Below are positions 26,952 through 39,649 of a stretch of DNA of 64,000 bases, one piece after another. Origin of the DNA: Felis catus (taxonomy: Eukaryota); NCBI RefSeq assembly GCF_018350175.1, contig NC_058368.1, positions 38,008,001 through 38,072,000 on the forward strand, read 5' to 3'. Position 1 is the first letter of the stretch; every line of letters starts with the position of its first letter. The translations under genes were made by a program, and so were the position numbers. The notes under the pieces were generated by a model. The model saw nothing but the letters and a program-made list of their open reading frames with translations, made no database searches and was not told where the DNA came from.

Positions 26952-27159
26952 TTTATTTTTTTTAATGTTTATTTTTGAGAAAAAGAGAGACCGAGCACGA
27001 GTGGGGGAGGGGCAGAGAGAGGGAGACACAGAATCTGAAGCAGGCTGCAGGCTCTGAGCTGTCAGCACAGAGCCCAACACGGAGCTCGAACCCACAAACC
27101 GTGAGAACATGACTTGAGCCGATGTCAGAAACTTAACCAACCAAGCCACCCAGGCATCC
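26952..27159 (-). mobile_element. CAN-SINE
   Basis: TSD ctcagaagctctt (26939-26951) / ctcagaaactctt (27160-27172). Confidence 0.95.
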
Positions 27160-27843
27160 CTCAGAAACTCTTTTTTTTTTACAGACAGAGATTTCATGGA
27201 CTCCTTTAGTACTTTCAGTCAGTTCCACGTCCCAGTAATCACAATAAAATATATTCCTAAATATAATTGTCAGTTTTGAGATATTTAATGCTTTCTCACT
27301 CCCATGCCTCCCTAATTTAACTGTGGCTATCTCCATGCCATCAGGAGCAGGGTGGGAAGACATACCCTTAATCTGAACTTTGTTTCAAAGATGATTTTTT
27401 AATGGGCTTTTGTCACTCAAAGACTTTGTCAGTCATATTTTATTTGGATTGTAGAAGTTGATTTAACACTCCAGGGGCCTGTATTTCTGGATTGTCTCTA
27501 TTTTTAGAAGTTCTGCTTGAAAATCATTTAATTTTTTTCTTTGCTCATCTCTTTCACATAAAAACCTGCTATAAGCAGCTGATAGGACTCAATACATACG
27601 ATATCATACTCTCATCTTCTTTCTTGCCTTTTTGCCTAGGGCATCAGACACAATTGCACATGGGCCTCCCTTCACGTAATTGAAGGCAATAGTTTGGCAA
27701 ATAATTTTTCCACGATAAATCACAACTCTCTAGTCTTCCTACCTTTGATCTTCATTTCAGTGCTCTCTGTCACTTTACCACTAATCCAAGGATGTATATT
27801 TAAGGTATTTTTATGCCAGGATTCCTACTTAAAAATACAGTTT

Positions 27844-28243
27844 TGTATTAAGGAGGAGCACTTGTAGCATACACCAAAATAAAAGTGACAACACGATATA
27901 AATGTATTCCTAGCTGTCATAACAATTCAAGGAGTGTTCTACAGACAGCTTTCCAACCAGTAACTCAGGGAGCAATCCTTCCTTAGTCTTGTGGATCCAC
28001 TATTCTCTAGGCCCTGGTATTTCTCTCTTTTCCCTGCTGTTGGGGAAAAGAGTGAGGATACTACAGAAAATATTTGCATCGGGAGGGTCTGGAAGGGGCA
28101 CCTCTCACTTGGCCACATAATATTGGCCAGAACTCACTGAGGTGGCCAAGGCTCACAGTGAGGGAGTCCACGAATTATGGTCCAACTGCATCCCAGGAAA
28201 GAAGGGAAACACATAAATGTTGGTGAATGTAGTCTCTTCTGCA
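27844..28243 (-). mobile_element. Old MLT1 (K/L-like) MaLR LTR
   Basis: attggccagaactca...tggcca...cccaggaaagaagggaaac...ttggtgaa...agtctct resembles old MLT1 ends as recalled. Confidence 0.55.
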
Positions 28244-29515
28244 GGTGCTTTAAGAAGAAGAGGCCCAAAGAGGTTACATTCTCGATATTATCTGAGTGCC
28301 AACCAAGAATATAGAATCACTTATGATAGCTCATGAAAGGAGACATAATTGTGACGTACAAGAAAGGGGTATCCCAGTGATTTGAAGTTAGCAATCATGA
28401 TTTGACAAGGTCTCGTAAAACTTATAGTTGGGAAATCATTAGAAATTAATATTTGTTTTATCCAATATTTGAGGCTACATGATCATGTCATCATTACTTC
28501 TGCCTGGATGTTTGCCCAGTCTCTAATCTTTCTCCTGGTCTTTTCAGCTTTATTTTGCATATAGACCCGTAGTAAAGCAAGATTCTAGAGAGTGTGCTTG
28601 CTGATGCAAAAAGGTCTGTGTGCAGAGGCATTATACTTACTTTTCATATGGTCACTCCCTATATAATCTACAAACCTTGATTTGCATAAATCTGTTCCAA
28701 ATACCCCTGCCAAATATCAAATTATTATACATTCCTAATAATACATATTGCAAAAGTTTAGACTTCTCCAGATGGACGTGTCTTAATTCAAACTTAAAGT
28801 TATATCCCAGTGTGGAAGGGATTTACTACCCTTTAGCCAGAACAGCATAATATACATTTCCATATTTTCTCTGAAAGGTTCTTATCAGTTGCCCTATTCC
28901 TAGTTTAATATAATGTCTTGCTAATACTTGATTGAGATACAGGAAATAGAGTCCCACTCAGGGTCACTAGAAAATGAATTATTTAGTGTCCTTCTTACTG
29001 GGAAATAAAAGACCCCCTATACAACAAAACTTGATAGGAAATGAAGCAGAGATACCATCAAGGGTATGAAAATTCTCTTTCTCTCCATCTGGGTCCAAAT
29101 GATCACAGTTTCTCTGCATATTGTTCTTCTCTCAACGGAATGACTTCGTAAACTTCAGCCTTTATTGCACATGGTCAAACATTTTCCGCTTTTCCTTATA
29201 GTATGATGAGTCTTACTAATAATGCTCCTGTAAGTATATTTCCTTCATATGTGTTTTGAATTATATCCCTGGTACTAATGAGCCAGGACCTTGAAAGTCA
29301 ATATTCCAAATTTTTCACATAGGAATGTGGTCATCTCAGACAATAGTTTTAGCATATCACTGGCTACGGGTAAGTTGCTCATTGGTCAAGTATACAAATA
29401 TAGTCCTATCATCTGTATCTAGGGGAGGGAAGAAAAATAATACAGAGCACACAAAAGTGAATACGTGACATGTACTATAATCATGCTTTTTATGCAAGGA
29501 GTTAATTACACAAAG

Positions 29516-30700
29516 CTCTCAGCTTTCTATTGTTGTGTAACACATTACCCCAAACTTACTTGCTTAAATGAACACAAATTTATTATCTCAGAGTTTTCTT
29601 TTTTTAGGTTCATTTTGAGAGAAAGACAGAGCATACACTCGCACAAAGCAGGAGAGGGGTGGAAAGGGAGAATACCAAGCAGGCTCTGAGCTGTCGATGT
29701 GAGGCTGACACCAGGCTCAATCTCACCAACCCTGAGGTCATGACCTGAGCCAAGATAAAGAGTTGATGCTTAACCAACTGAGCCACCCAGGTGCCCCATT
29801 ATCTCATAGTTCTATAGTTCAGAAGGCCAGATAGGGCCTAACTGCTTTCTCTCCTCAATGTCTGAATGGCTGAAATAAATGTGTCAGCTAGCTATATTCT
29901 CATCTGGAATTTGGGATTTTTCTCCAAGCCCATATAAATTACCTGCGTAATTCAGTTCCTTGTAGTCGTAATATTAAGGTCCCTGTTTTCTTGCTCTTTG
30001 TTGGCTAGAGGTTATGCTCAAATCCTAGAGGTTGTTCTCAAATCCTTGCCACATGTGTCCCCTTCAACCTACAAATCCAGCAAGGGAATATCTCTCACAT
30101 CACATCATTTTATCATCAGGAAAGGCCAATCCCATCTGTTGAAGTCACACCCAACAAGATAATCTCTCTTTTGATTATCTTAATTAGTAACCTTAATTAC
30201 TATCAGTTTAATAGTAATTACTAATTAACTACTTAGTAATTAGTAGCTAATTACTAAATGGTTAATTAATAACCTTAATTCTAATGCTTAACTGATTGTA
30301 GATACCTTAATTAGAGTAACCTTAATTAGGTTCGAAATAAACATTTAATGAAATATAATCACAAGAATGATATTCATAGTCACTAGTCATGCCCACCTGC
30401 AAGGAAAGAGAATTATACAGGCATGTCCTTAGAGAATAGGAATCTTTGGGCCCATCTTAGAATTCTTGGAATTCCATCCATCCTCTGGCCCCCAGTGACT
30501 TACCTTCTTCCCAAATACAAAATAACCTCTCCCTAGTTCATTACTAGTCTCATTTCATTAGGGCATGAGCTCAAGTCCCAAATCATATCCTTTAAAGCTA
30601 AATTTTATCTCATCAGTTCAAGCCCATAATCATATCATTAAACTTATTTATATCTATATCAAGTATGGACAAAGCTCCCAGGTATACGCCATTAAGTAAA
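29516..30700 (-). mobile_element. MLT1E/F-like LTR plus adjoining MaLR internal fragment
   Basis: ttctattgttgtgtaacacattaccccaaactta...attcagttccttgtag...gggcccatcttagaattc, then ccatcctctggccccc (start of MaLR internal sequence). Confidence 0.72.
29597..29797 (-). mobile_element. CAN-SINE inserted in MLT1
   Basis: TSD attatctcagagtt (29582-29595) / attatctcatagtt (29798-29811). Confidence 0.93.
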
Positions 30701-31227
30701 CCTCTTTGTTACCCTTTCAAATTTGTTTCAACTCTTGCGTGTCTTTTCCCTTTTGACATAAGTTATAGAATCAACTTGCTAATTTCCTCAAAAAAAAACC
30801 TGCTTGAATTTTTTTGTCATTTCTCTGAATATATGGATCCTTTTGAGGAGAATAAACATGTTAGCAGTATTGTGTTGTCAGCCCATAGACATGGTCTGCA
30901 TCTATAATAAATTAGGTCTTCATTAACATCTCTCAGCAGTGTTTTTAGTGGTGAAGTCTTGTATATCTTTGTTAATATTATGCCTAATTATATTTTAAGG
31001 CTATGTTAATGTTATTTTAAAATTTCACATTCCACATTTTTATGTTATTATATAGAAATAAGTATGATTTTTACATTTTTTTATCATATGGCCTTATTCA
31101 ATTAATTCTGGTAGTCTTTCTATAGATTCTTTAGGATTTTAGCCATATTCACAACCATGTCATCAGCAAATAAGAATAATTTTGTTTCTTCCTTCCCATT
31201 GGAGGTGTGTGTGTGTGTGTGTTTTCC

Positions 31228-31471
31228 CTTTTTTTTAAGTTTATTTATTTATTTTGAGAGAGAGAAAGCATGAGTAGGGGAACAGTGGAGAGAAAGGGAG
31301 GGAGGGAGGGAGGGAGAGAGAGAGAGAGAGAGAGAGACTAAATTCCAAGCAGGCTCTGCACCATCAGAACACAGGTGGATGGTGGGGCTCAAACTCATGA
31401 AACTGCGAGTAAATGACCTGAGCCAAAACCGAGAGTCAGATGCTTAACCGACTGAGCCACCCAGGCGCCCC
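31228..31471 (-). mobile_element. CAN-SINE
   Basis: T-tail, GA tract, ...cttaaccgactgagccacccaggcgcccc. Confidence 0.95.
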
Positions 31472-31894
31472 TTCCCATGTTTAACTCACTGGTCAGGACT
31501 CCAGCATTATGTCGTATAGGAAAGATGACATTGGGTACTTTTCCCCACTTTCCATTCTTAGAAAGAAGACATTCAGTCAGTCTTTCACTGTGTTCATAAT
31601 TAAGTATGATATAAATATGGAGTTTTTTGTTGAAGTACTTTATTGGATTTAAAAACTCTCCTCTATTCTTAGCTAGCTGAGCACTTTCATGACTAGGTAT
31701 AGATTTTTCCAAAATATTTATTTGAATGCATTAATATGATCATGTGGGTTTTCTATGAATATGGGGAATTGCTTTGATTTATTTCCAAATCTTAAAATAA
31801 TTTTGCATTATGGGGCTAACCACAATTAATTAGTCATGATGGATTATCTTTTTTTTTTATTTTTACATATTGCTGGATTAAATTTGTTATTCAA

Positions 31895-32116
31895 GGGGCG
31901 CCTGAGTGGCTCAGTTGGTTAAGCGTCTGACTTCAGCTTAGGTCACAATCTCACGGCCTGTGAGTTCGAGCCCCGCGTCGGGCTCTGTGCTGACAGCTCA
32001 GAGCCTGGAGCCTGCTTCAGATTCTGTGTCTCCCTCTCTCTCTGCCCCTTCCCTGCTCATGCTCTGTCTCTCTCTGTCTCAAAAATAAATAAAAACATTA
32101 AAAAAATTAAAAAACA
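31895..32116 (+). mobile_element. CAN-SINE (felid type)
   Basis: Full head-to-tail copy; TSD ttgttattcaa (31884-31894, 32117-32127). Confidence 0.96.
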
Positions 32117-32539
32117 TTGTTATTCAAATAGAGCTTTATAGTATATTACTAGAAAATCTGTACCAGATTTATTGATACGTACACCTATGTGTGTATGTTT
32201 AAATGTCAGAGTACTTTGTAAAGGCCTTTTTAAGAATGTCCTCAAAGAAAAATTAAGAAACTTTGTAAAAAGGCCTAATTTAAAGTTTTTAATATTCCCA
32301 TAATTTATTGTATTATTAAGCATACTGTTTATTATATATTTAAAACAAGATTGTTTAGAAGTTATTTTGTAGTATACTCAGTTTACCACCAAAGATCACT
32401 TTCTTTTTAAATATCTGACTCATATTTCAAATATTGAAGCAACAAAAAGTCTGGTGATAAATTCAAGCAAGTGATATATTGTTCCTAAAAGCTATAACTT
32501 TTTTTCTTCTTTGATGAGTAAGAAAATATATGCTTTTAT

Positions 32540-32754
32540 GGGGTTCCTGGGTAGCTCAGTCGGTTAAGCGTCTGACTTCAGCTCAGGTCATGATCTCACA
32601 GTCCGTGAGTTTGAGCCCCGCATCAGGAGCCTAGAGCCTGCTTCAGATTCTGTGTCTCCCTCTCTCTCTGCCCCTCCCCTGCTTGTGCTCTGTCTCTCTC
32701 TGTCTCAAAAATAAAAAATAAAATAAAATAAAAAATCATTAAAAATTAAAAAAA
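32540..32754 (+). mobile_element. CAN-SINE with an internal deletion
   Basis: gagccccgcatcagg|agcctagagcc lacks the ctctgtgctgacagctc segment; TSD aagaaaatatatg on both sides. Confidence 0.94.
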
Positions 32755-33349
32755 AAGAAAATATATGTTTTTCTCACTATTTCCACATAAACTCAAGGTA
32801 AAATTTTATTAAGCCTTAGTTAATTTTGATCATGATATTTTATTTATTTTCTCATTCCTACCTTCAATAAATATTTAAACATCAGTATTTAGAAGACTAT
32901 TTCTCAAGACATCTTTGTGGTTAGATAATTAAGCAAATGCATATTTGCTTCTCAGTTGTAACCCTTGTTTTAAGTTGGGGCCATGTAATGTTAAATAATA
33001 TAAAATTAGCAGAAATAAAGGATGATGATTCTGGGAGAAGCATTAAGGTTTAGGGTTCATATATTTTGGCGATTTAAACTTAACATCTTAATCTTTATAT
33101 GTCTTCATTCCCATGTTGTGTATTTTTTCTGAAACTATAGACTAGAATTGATTTTACGATGGAAATTATTTTCTTATCACATCCACCTGTATTTTAGATT
33201 TCAGTGATTTTGTAAAGAAAACTTTTCTACTGTTCGCATTTTGAAAATTATATATCTCCCATAGATAAGACAGAAGCTCCTCTGGATTATGTGACACAAT
33301 TTTACAATTAAACCTTTTTCGCCAGAAATCTCCACCAGTTTATCACTTT

Positions 33350-33810
33350 TATTAAAGATTGCAATCTTTTTCCCAATTCTTCATTCCTTCTGTATGTATG
33401 TCATTTGCCATGTCCTATTGCACTTTATTACACTAGAGATGATGTGTATTTCCCCAGCTGGCTGATATTTGGCTGAGTCGAGTAACCTATCTGGCTAATA
33501 GAATGCCCGTAGCAGAAGCTGTGCGTCCTGTCTGTTCTGAGCCTAGACCTTAAGTGGCATCACACAAATTCTTATCCTTCTTATGCTTTTGCCATTATGA
33601 TTACCAGAAGAAATACACTGGTTAAGCTATTGGCTAAAAGAGAATAAGAGATTAGTGGCCCAGTAATGAATCTAACAGGTATTTACAGTTAGATCGAGCC
33701 AAGCCTAAGTAGACCCACTGGCACATGAAGAAACGTAAATTATTGTACTCCCAAGCTATTGCACTTGGGTGTGATTTGTTCTATAGTATTATACTTGTAG
33801 ATTTCATTAT
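33350..33810 (+). mobile_element. MLT1G/H-like MaLR LTR
   Basis: tggctaatagaatg...gttctgagcctagaccttaag...aagctattgcacttgggtgtgatttgtt. Confidence 0.6.
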
Positions 33811-33892
33811 TTTTGCTATGTCATATTGTATGTATTTCAAAATTATGTAAGCAGAGAATTCCTCGCCAATTTGGAATGCGAACATAGTAATA

Positions 33893-34330
33893 CATTAGCC
33901 TCCCCTTTCGTGCAGCTTTGTTTTCCACAGTTCCAGTTACCTACAGTCGGCTGTATCAGAGCAGATGTATCATCAGAAGTTCAATAGTGGCCTAACGCTA
34001 AGTCACAGTGCCTATGTTATTCTCCTCCCTTCATCTCGTCACAGCCATTTTCTCACCTCACATCATCACAGGAAGAAGGGGGAGTACAGTTTAATAGAAC
34101 ATTTGGAGAGACCACATTCATATGACTTTTATTACAGCATATTATAATTGTTCTATGTTATTGTTAGTTATTGTTAACCTCTCACTGTGTCTAATTTATA
34201 ACTGAACTTTATCAGGGGCATGTAGGTATAGGAGAAAACATTGTGTATAGAGAGCTCAGCACTGTCTCAGGTTTCAGGCATCCCCAGAGGATCGTGGAAT
34301 TTATTCATGGCAAACATAGAGTGCTTACTT
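33893..34330. mobile_element. MER44 (Tigger7-derived) DNA transposon relic
   Basis: cagttacc...gagagaccacattcatatgacttttattacag...ctaatttataa...ggtttcaggcatcc; preceded by TA. Confidence 0.85.
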
Positions 34331-35497
34331 TTTTGACAGTCTCAGGTCGTGCTTGATTTCCCTTCCTTTCTGTAGCTTCTTGTCTCCATTAATTGAGTGT
34401 ACAACTCCTTGTTATTCTTATTAGACTTTGCATTCGCTTACATGTATATATCAATTAGATGATTACTTGTGTTACCTGTTTACATTAAAGTGAGGTTTTC
34501 TGATGATAATGATGATGATGGTAATACTGATTATTTTCATTTTTACAGTAAAAGAAGGGAATATGCAACCATGCTTTTTGGGGAAATGAATTTTTATTCA
34601 TTTTCATTATCACTTTATTTTTTATTGATGACCCAGTAAAGTCCCAGAGAAACATTATATATATATCAGCATTCCCTGTTATATATATTATATATATAAT
34701 AATATGCCACAGAGGAAAAAACAGACAAAATTTATGTGTGTGTGTATACCTATATCTATATATAGACACAGATATATCAGTCCTTTTTTCAGTACTTATA
34801 AATTTGAGCAAATTATTTCATTTTTGGCCCCATTTTTTTCATTAACATATCTATAATGTAGTATTATGTTAATTTTTTGCATTCCTTTCCATGAATCACA
34901 ATACTGGCAATACAGGGGGAACATAAAAATCAGTCATATATAAAATTCCTCTGTTTTCTCTATTTGCCTAGACCGCTACACTGTTAATTTACTTACACAT
35001 TCCTGTGCTCTCGTCCTTCTATTTACTACTTACCTATCTTTTGATTTGTATGTAAATCATAATTTTTAGTGAAGTTTTGGACACTCATGGCTTCATAAAT
35101 TAGCTTTCTTATTAAAAATCTTGATTTTTTTGCATAATTTGAAGGAAAAAGTCAGGGATATTGAATATAAGTTCTTGGTGACAGGAATATGAGTTTTACC
35201 TGTAATTTCATCTCCCTTAGGAAGTTACCCAGCATTTTGTTTGTTAAAGGATTCATATTCCACACATGGCAAGATGAAACATCTACAAATCTATGACTTT
35301 CAGTAATAGAAGTGCTGTTCTTTTCTTATATAAAGCTAGGTGTTTAGGCTGTTTTTTTTTTTCAGTTTTGGAGATTTTTAAAAATAAAGCTGAATGATTT
35401 CACCTCAGGCAAAGAATAATGGCTCGAATTTGTCAAAAGCAGAGTTTTTAATAATTATAATTTAGGCAGTTTTCTTCAATACTGTTTTAAAATTTGA

Positions 35498-35700
35498 GGG
35501 TGCCTGGGTGGCTCAGTGGGTTGGGCGTCTGACTTGGGCTCAGGTCATGATCTCACAGTTGGTGAATTCGAGCCCCGTGTTATGCTCTGTGCTGACAGCT
35601 CAGGACCTGGAGCCTGCTTCAGATTCTGTGTCTCCCTCTCTCTCTACCCCTCCCCCACTCACACTCTTTCTCTCTCAAAAATAAAACATTAAAAACAAAT
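35498..35700 (+). mobile_element. CAN-SINE
   Basis: TSD ttaaaatttga (35487-35497) / ttagaatttga (35701-35711). Confidence 0.95.
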
Positions 35701-35948
35701 TTAGAATTTGAAGGCAGTATTACTTGTGCTCTTATATTCTTTATTTTCCTCAGTACCAGCTGTTTAAATGGGTGAACATATTCTTTATGCTTCTCATCGA
35801 GAAAATAATATTCTAAAATAATCATCCAAAAGCAGTTGGTTATTTTGAAAAAGAATTAAGTTATTATTTGGAATAGTGCAATCTTCAAGGAAGTTCCGAT
35901 ATACCTATAATTAGGAATATATATACACGAGTTCACTGACTCTTTCAA

Positions 35949-36350
35949 TTTTTTAATTCAATTTAATTTTATTTTAATCCTAGTAGAGTTTACATACAGT
36001 GTAATATTAATTTCAAGTATACAATATAGTGATTCAACACTTCCATACAATAACCACTGCTCATCACAAGTGTACTCCTTAATCCCATCACCTGTTTAGC
36101 TCATCTCCCTACCTACTTCCCCTCTGGTAATCATCAGTTCTCTATAGTTAAGAATCTGTTTCTTGGTTTCTCTCCCCCTCTCTCTCTCTTTTTCCTTTCC
36201 TCATTTATTTTGTTTCTTAAATTCAGTATATAGGTGAAATCATAAGGTATTTGTCTTTCTCTCACTTATTTTGCTTAGGATTATATTCTCTAGCTCCATC
36301 CATGTTATTCCAAATGGTAACATTTCATTCTTTTTAATGGCTGTATAATA

Positions 36351-36395
<45 letters not shown>

Positions 36396-36632
36396 CGTGT
36401 TTTGTTTATGCATTCATCTGTCGATGGACACAGGCTGTTTCATAGTTTGGCTATTGTAAATACTGCTATAAACATTGTGATGCATGTATCCCTTTGGGTT
36501 AGTATTTTTGTATTTTGGGCTTAATACCCAGTAGTGTGATTACTGGACAATAGGGTAGTCCTATTTTTAACTTTTTAAGGACCCTCCATACTGTTTTACA
36601 TCATGGCTGCTCCAGTTTGCATTCCCACCAAC
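35949..36632 (-). mobile_element. 5'-truncated carnivore LINE-1 3' end containing (TG)n
   Basis: Antisense 3'UTR (aatatagtgattcaacacttccatac) and ORF2 end (cagtttgcattcccaccaac); (TG)n at 36355-36393. Confidence 0.92.
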
Positions 36633-39600
36633 CTTCATTGATCATTTTTGTAATATATATTTTCACAGCTTCCGTTCAATATTTGATGTTCTTGAAGTAG
36701 TTATTACATTTTAATCCCACCTTTTAAAAAATGAAAAATTTAAAAATAAAATCATATAGATTATATGTTTGTTTTTTAACAGCTACTGACAGCAGTGTGC
36801 TTGCTATACAAACTATTTTCTCTTCATTTGAGAGAATTTCAAAGTAACATTTAATATTTTTAACATATTAAAATATGTCTTCAATGTCTTTAAGAAATAC
36901 ATGTGCTTATATTATGAATAAATATATCAGATTTCCAAATATTTGCATATTAGTTTTAATGTATTTTAATGTGGGCAAAATTAGCTTTATCTTGTCCATT
37001 TCTGCATTTTTACCATAATTGATGATTCATTAACTTCTATAACCCGTGTTTAATTGGTAGCTTACTGGATTCCTTGGCTCAAAATAATCTGACTAAAGGT
37101 TTCATATAACAGTCATAACTGATTTTTTTTCTTTCACTATTAAATTAGTTAGTGGAGAAAAATAACATTGACAATATCATTTTACTTATAAAACACCTAT
37201 AACCGATATTTATTTAAAAACTCTTTTATGATGAATATAGAATGTTTTAGTAACTTATTGGTGTGCACCAGATTGTTGCTTATAGTAGCTACTACTTTGG
37301 GCTCCAAGAATAGCTCTAAAACTCAATACAAATGTAGACAAATTCTGAAATGATTTTAGTGATTTTTGTTTTTTATCTGAATTATACCAAAGTATAATCA
37401 CTGACACTCTGTGACTAAAAATTATCCATATTTGTTCACTGGAATCATATTAACGCTTCATGTTCTTGGTTGACTTCTATTAGAAAAATACATTTCCAGA
37501 AATAAATCGATATTAGCATACAGATAGAATTGAATATTATGTCAATAGTGATTGACAAAGTTGATATGTTGCTGGTTGCCTCATTTTAGATTAGTTATAT
37601 TTTTTTCTTGGAGGCTGAAAATGTAAAATAGCATTTCAATTTTCCAATCCATTTAAACTGAGAAGAAAGTAATAATCTAGAGAAAAATAATAAAAGGCTT
37701 TGTGGTCAGGGTATGATTGACATACAGCTAAAGTATGTTTCAGTTGTAAAGACAAGCCTGTATCAATAAAACTATGTTGACTCAGTTGGTATCCTCAGGC
37801 TGCTATTGCCCACATAATAATTGATTTTAAATTTTAAAGCTATGAATACAAAAGAAAAAAAAATAATACTTTGTTATGTCTATATGGCTTTCCACTGATG
37901 TAGCCCTACTGTTTTATTTGAAATGCATTTGAAAAGAAACGAAAATGTTACCTAAAGCAAGTATAACTAATTTTTCTTAAACATTTCTCATAATGGAAAA
38001 TAAACTTTGAAGCTTTGCATTTCATTATAACCAGAAAAAGTATATATATGTATATTTATAATGAAATGATAAATAATATATAGTAAAAATGGAATGCTGG
38101 GAGACAGTCCAAGATGGCAGCATAGGAAGATCCTAAATTCCTCTTATCCTATGGACATGCCAAATCTACAGCTACATGGGGAACAATTCTCTCTGAAAAA
38201 GGACCTGAAAACAAGTTCAATAGCTCCTTCGTAACAGTGGTATCACGACCACATTGAGACACCTAAGAGAGGCACAGTCTCACCAAGCACCCCATCCCTA
38301 GTGCAGTGACCCATAATCGGGAAGGATCTCACAATCCTGAGAAGCTGGAGCTTCTCCCTGAAGAGCGTGGGGTTTGTCACCCACATCAGGCACTCTAACT
38401 CTTGGGACCTGCAATGGTGAGACAAGTCCCACAAAACATCTGGGTCTGAAAATCAATAGGGCTCATATCCAGGAGACTCCAAGGGCTGTAGGGAATTGAG
38501 AAAACTTCTCTTAAAAGGCTTGTGCACAGATTTACTTGCCTCTGGGACCTGTGCAAAAGCAGTAGTTCGAAAAGCGCCTGGTGTAAGTGAAGGAGCAGGA
38601 GATTTATTAGCTAATCTTAAAGCATCTGCTGAGAAGCAGGGCCTGTTGGGACTCTCTCCGGGACACTCCTCAGCTCCGTGCTCTCCTGAGGCCCCACCAG
38701 AGTGGATGGGCACACCCTGGCCCTGCACCCTCCTATATTTCCCACAAAAGTGAGCAGGTTGATGCAGTCCACACAGGAGGCACTCCTTGATCACTAGGTT
38801 CTGGTGGCCAGGGCGGTTGTGTTGCTGGGTCCCATGGGACTATAACAATAAGAGTTATAGTTTTGGGAAGGCTACCATTCACTAGTCACTACCCAGAGAG
38901 CAGAATGAAACACACACCCAGTCTTTCTGTTAAAAAGCTCTATTTAATTGTCCTGGAGCTAGCTGCTGCCTGAGGGGCAGGCTTCACGTTTGCCACACAT
39001 CTAGAGTCGTCTACAGAGGTGCTCTCAGGGAATGTACGCTGAGAGTTTCCATCTTTGTACTCTCCATTGATCTTTGTATAGCTTCCTAATACTTCCTAGA
39101 AAGGAATTTGTACACTTGTCTGAAGCCCTGATTTTGGCAATTTTTGTCCAGGCGTCATGAGATTATCAGTCTAGAGGCCAGCATGGTTTGTAACTGCAGT
39201 TCCACAGGACTGGATATATTTGCACACTTTGAAAGCCGCAGCCCAAGGGTTTGGCTTCTAATCAGCCTGAAACTAGATCACTCCCCTTGAAATACCAACA
39301 GGTCCTCACACAAACTCAATAATGGGGGCTTACAAAAATAAATCTGGTTGGTTAGACAACCACAAAGGTTTGAGTGGCGACTAAGAGCAAAAGCAAGTTT
39401 GAACATGAAGATTCATCTTGTACACAAGACTACTCTTTCAAGACTAGAAGAGATAGCTGTCTTGTCTAGTACATAGCAACAAACACAGAGACTGAAACAA
39501 AATGAGGAAACAGAGGAATATATTCCAAATTAAAGAAGAAGATAAAACTCAGAAGGAAACCTTAATTAAATGGAGCTAATAGTGTCCCTGATGAAGAGCT

Positions 39601-39649
39601 CCAAGTAGTGGTCGTAAAGATGTTCACCTAACTTAGGGAAAAATAGATG

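Larger units (their letters stand above)
30725..32200 (-). mobile_element. Old L1M ORF2 fragment containing two SINE insertions
   Basis: Antisense L1 motifs tatagattctttaggatttt, accatgtcatcagcaaata, ggactccagcattatg, catattgctggatt. Confidence 0.75.
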
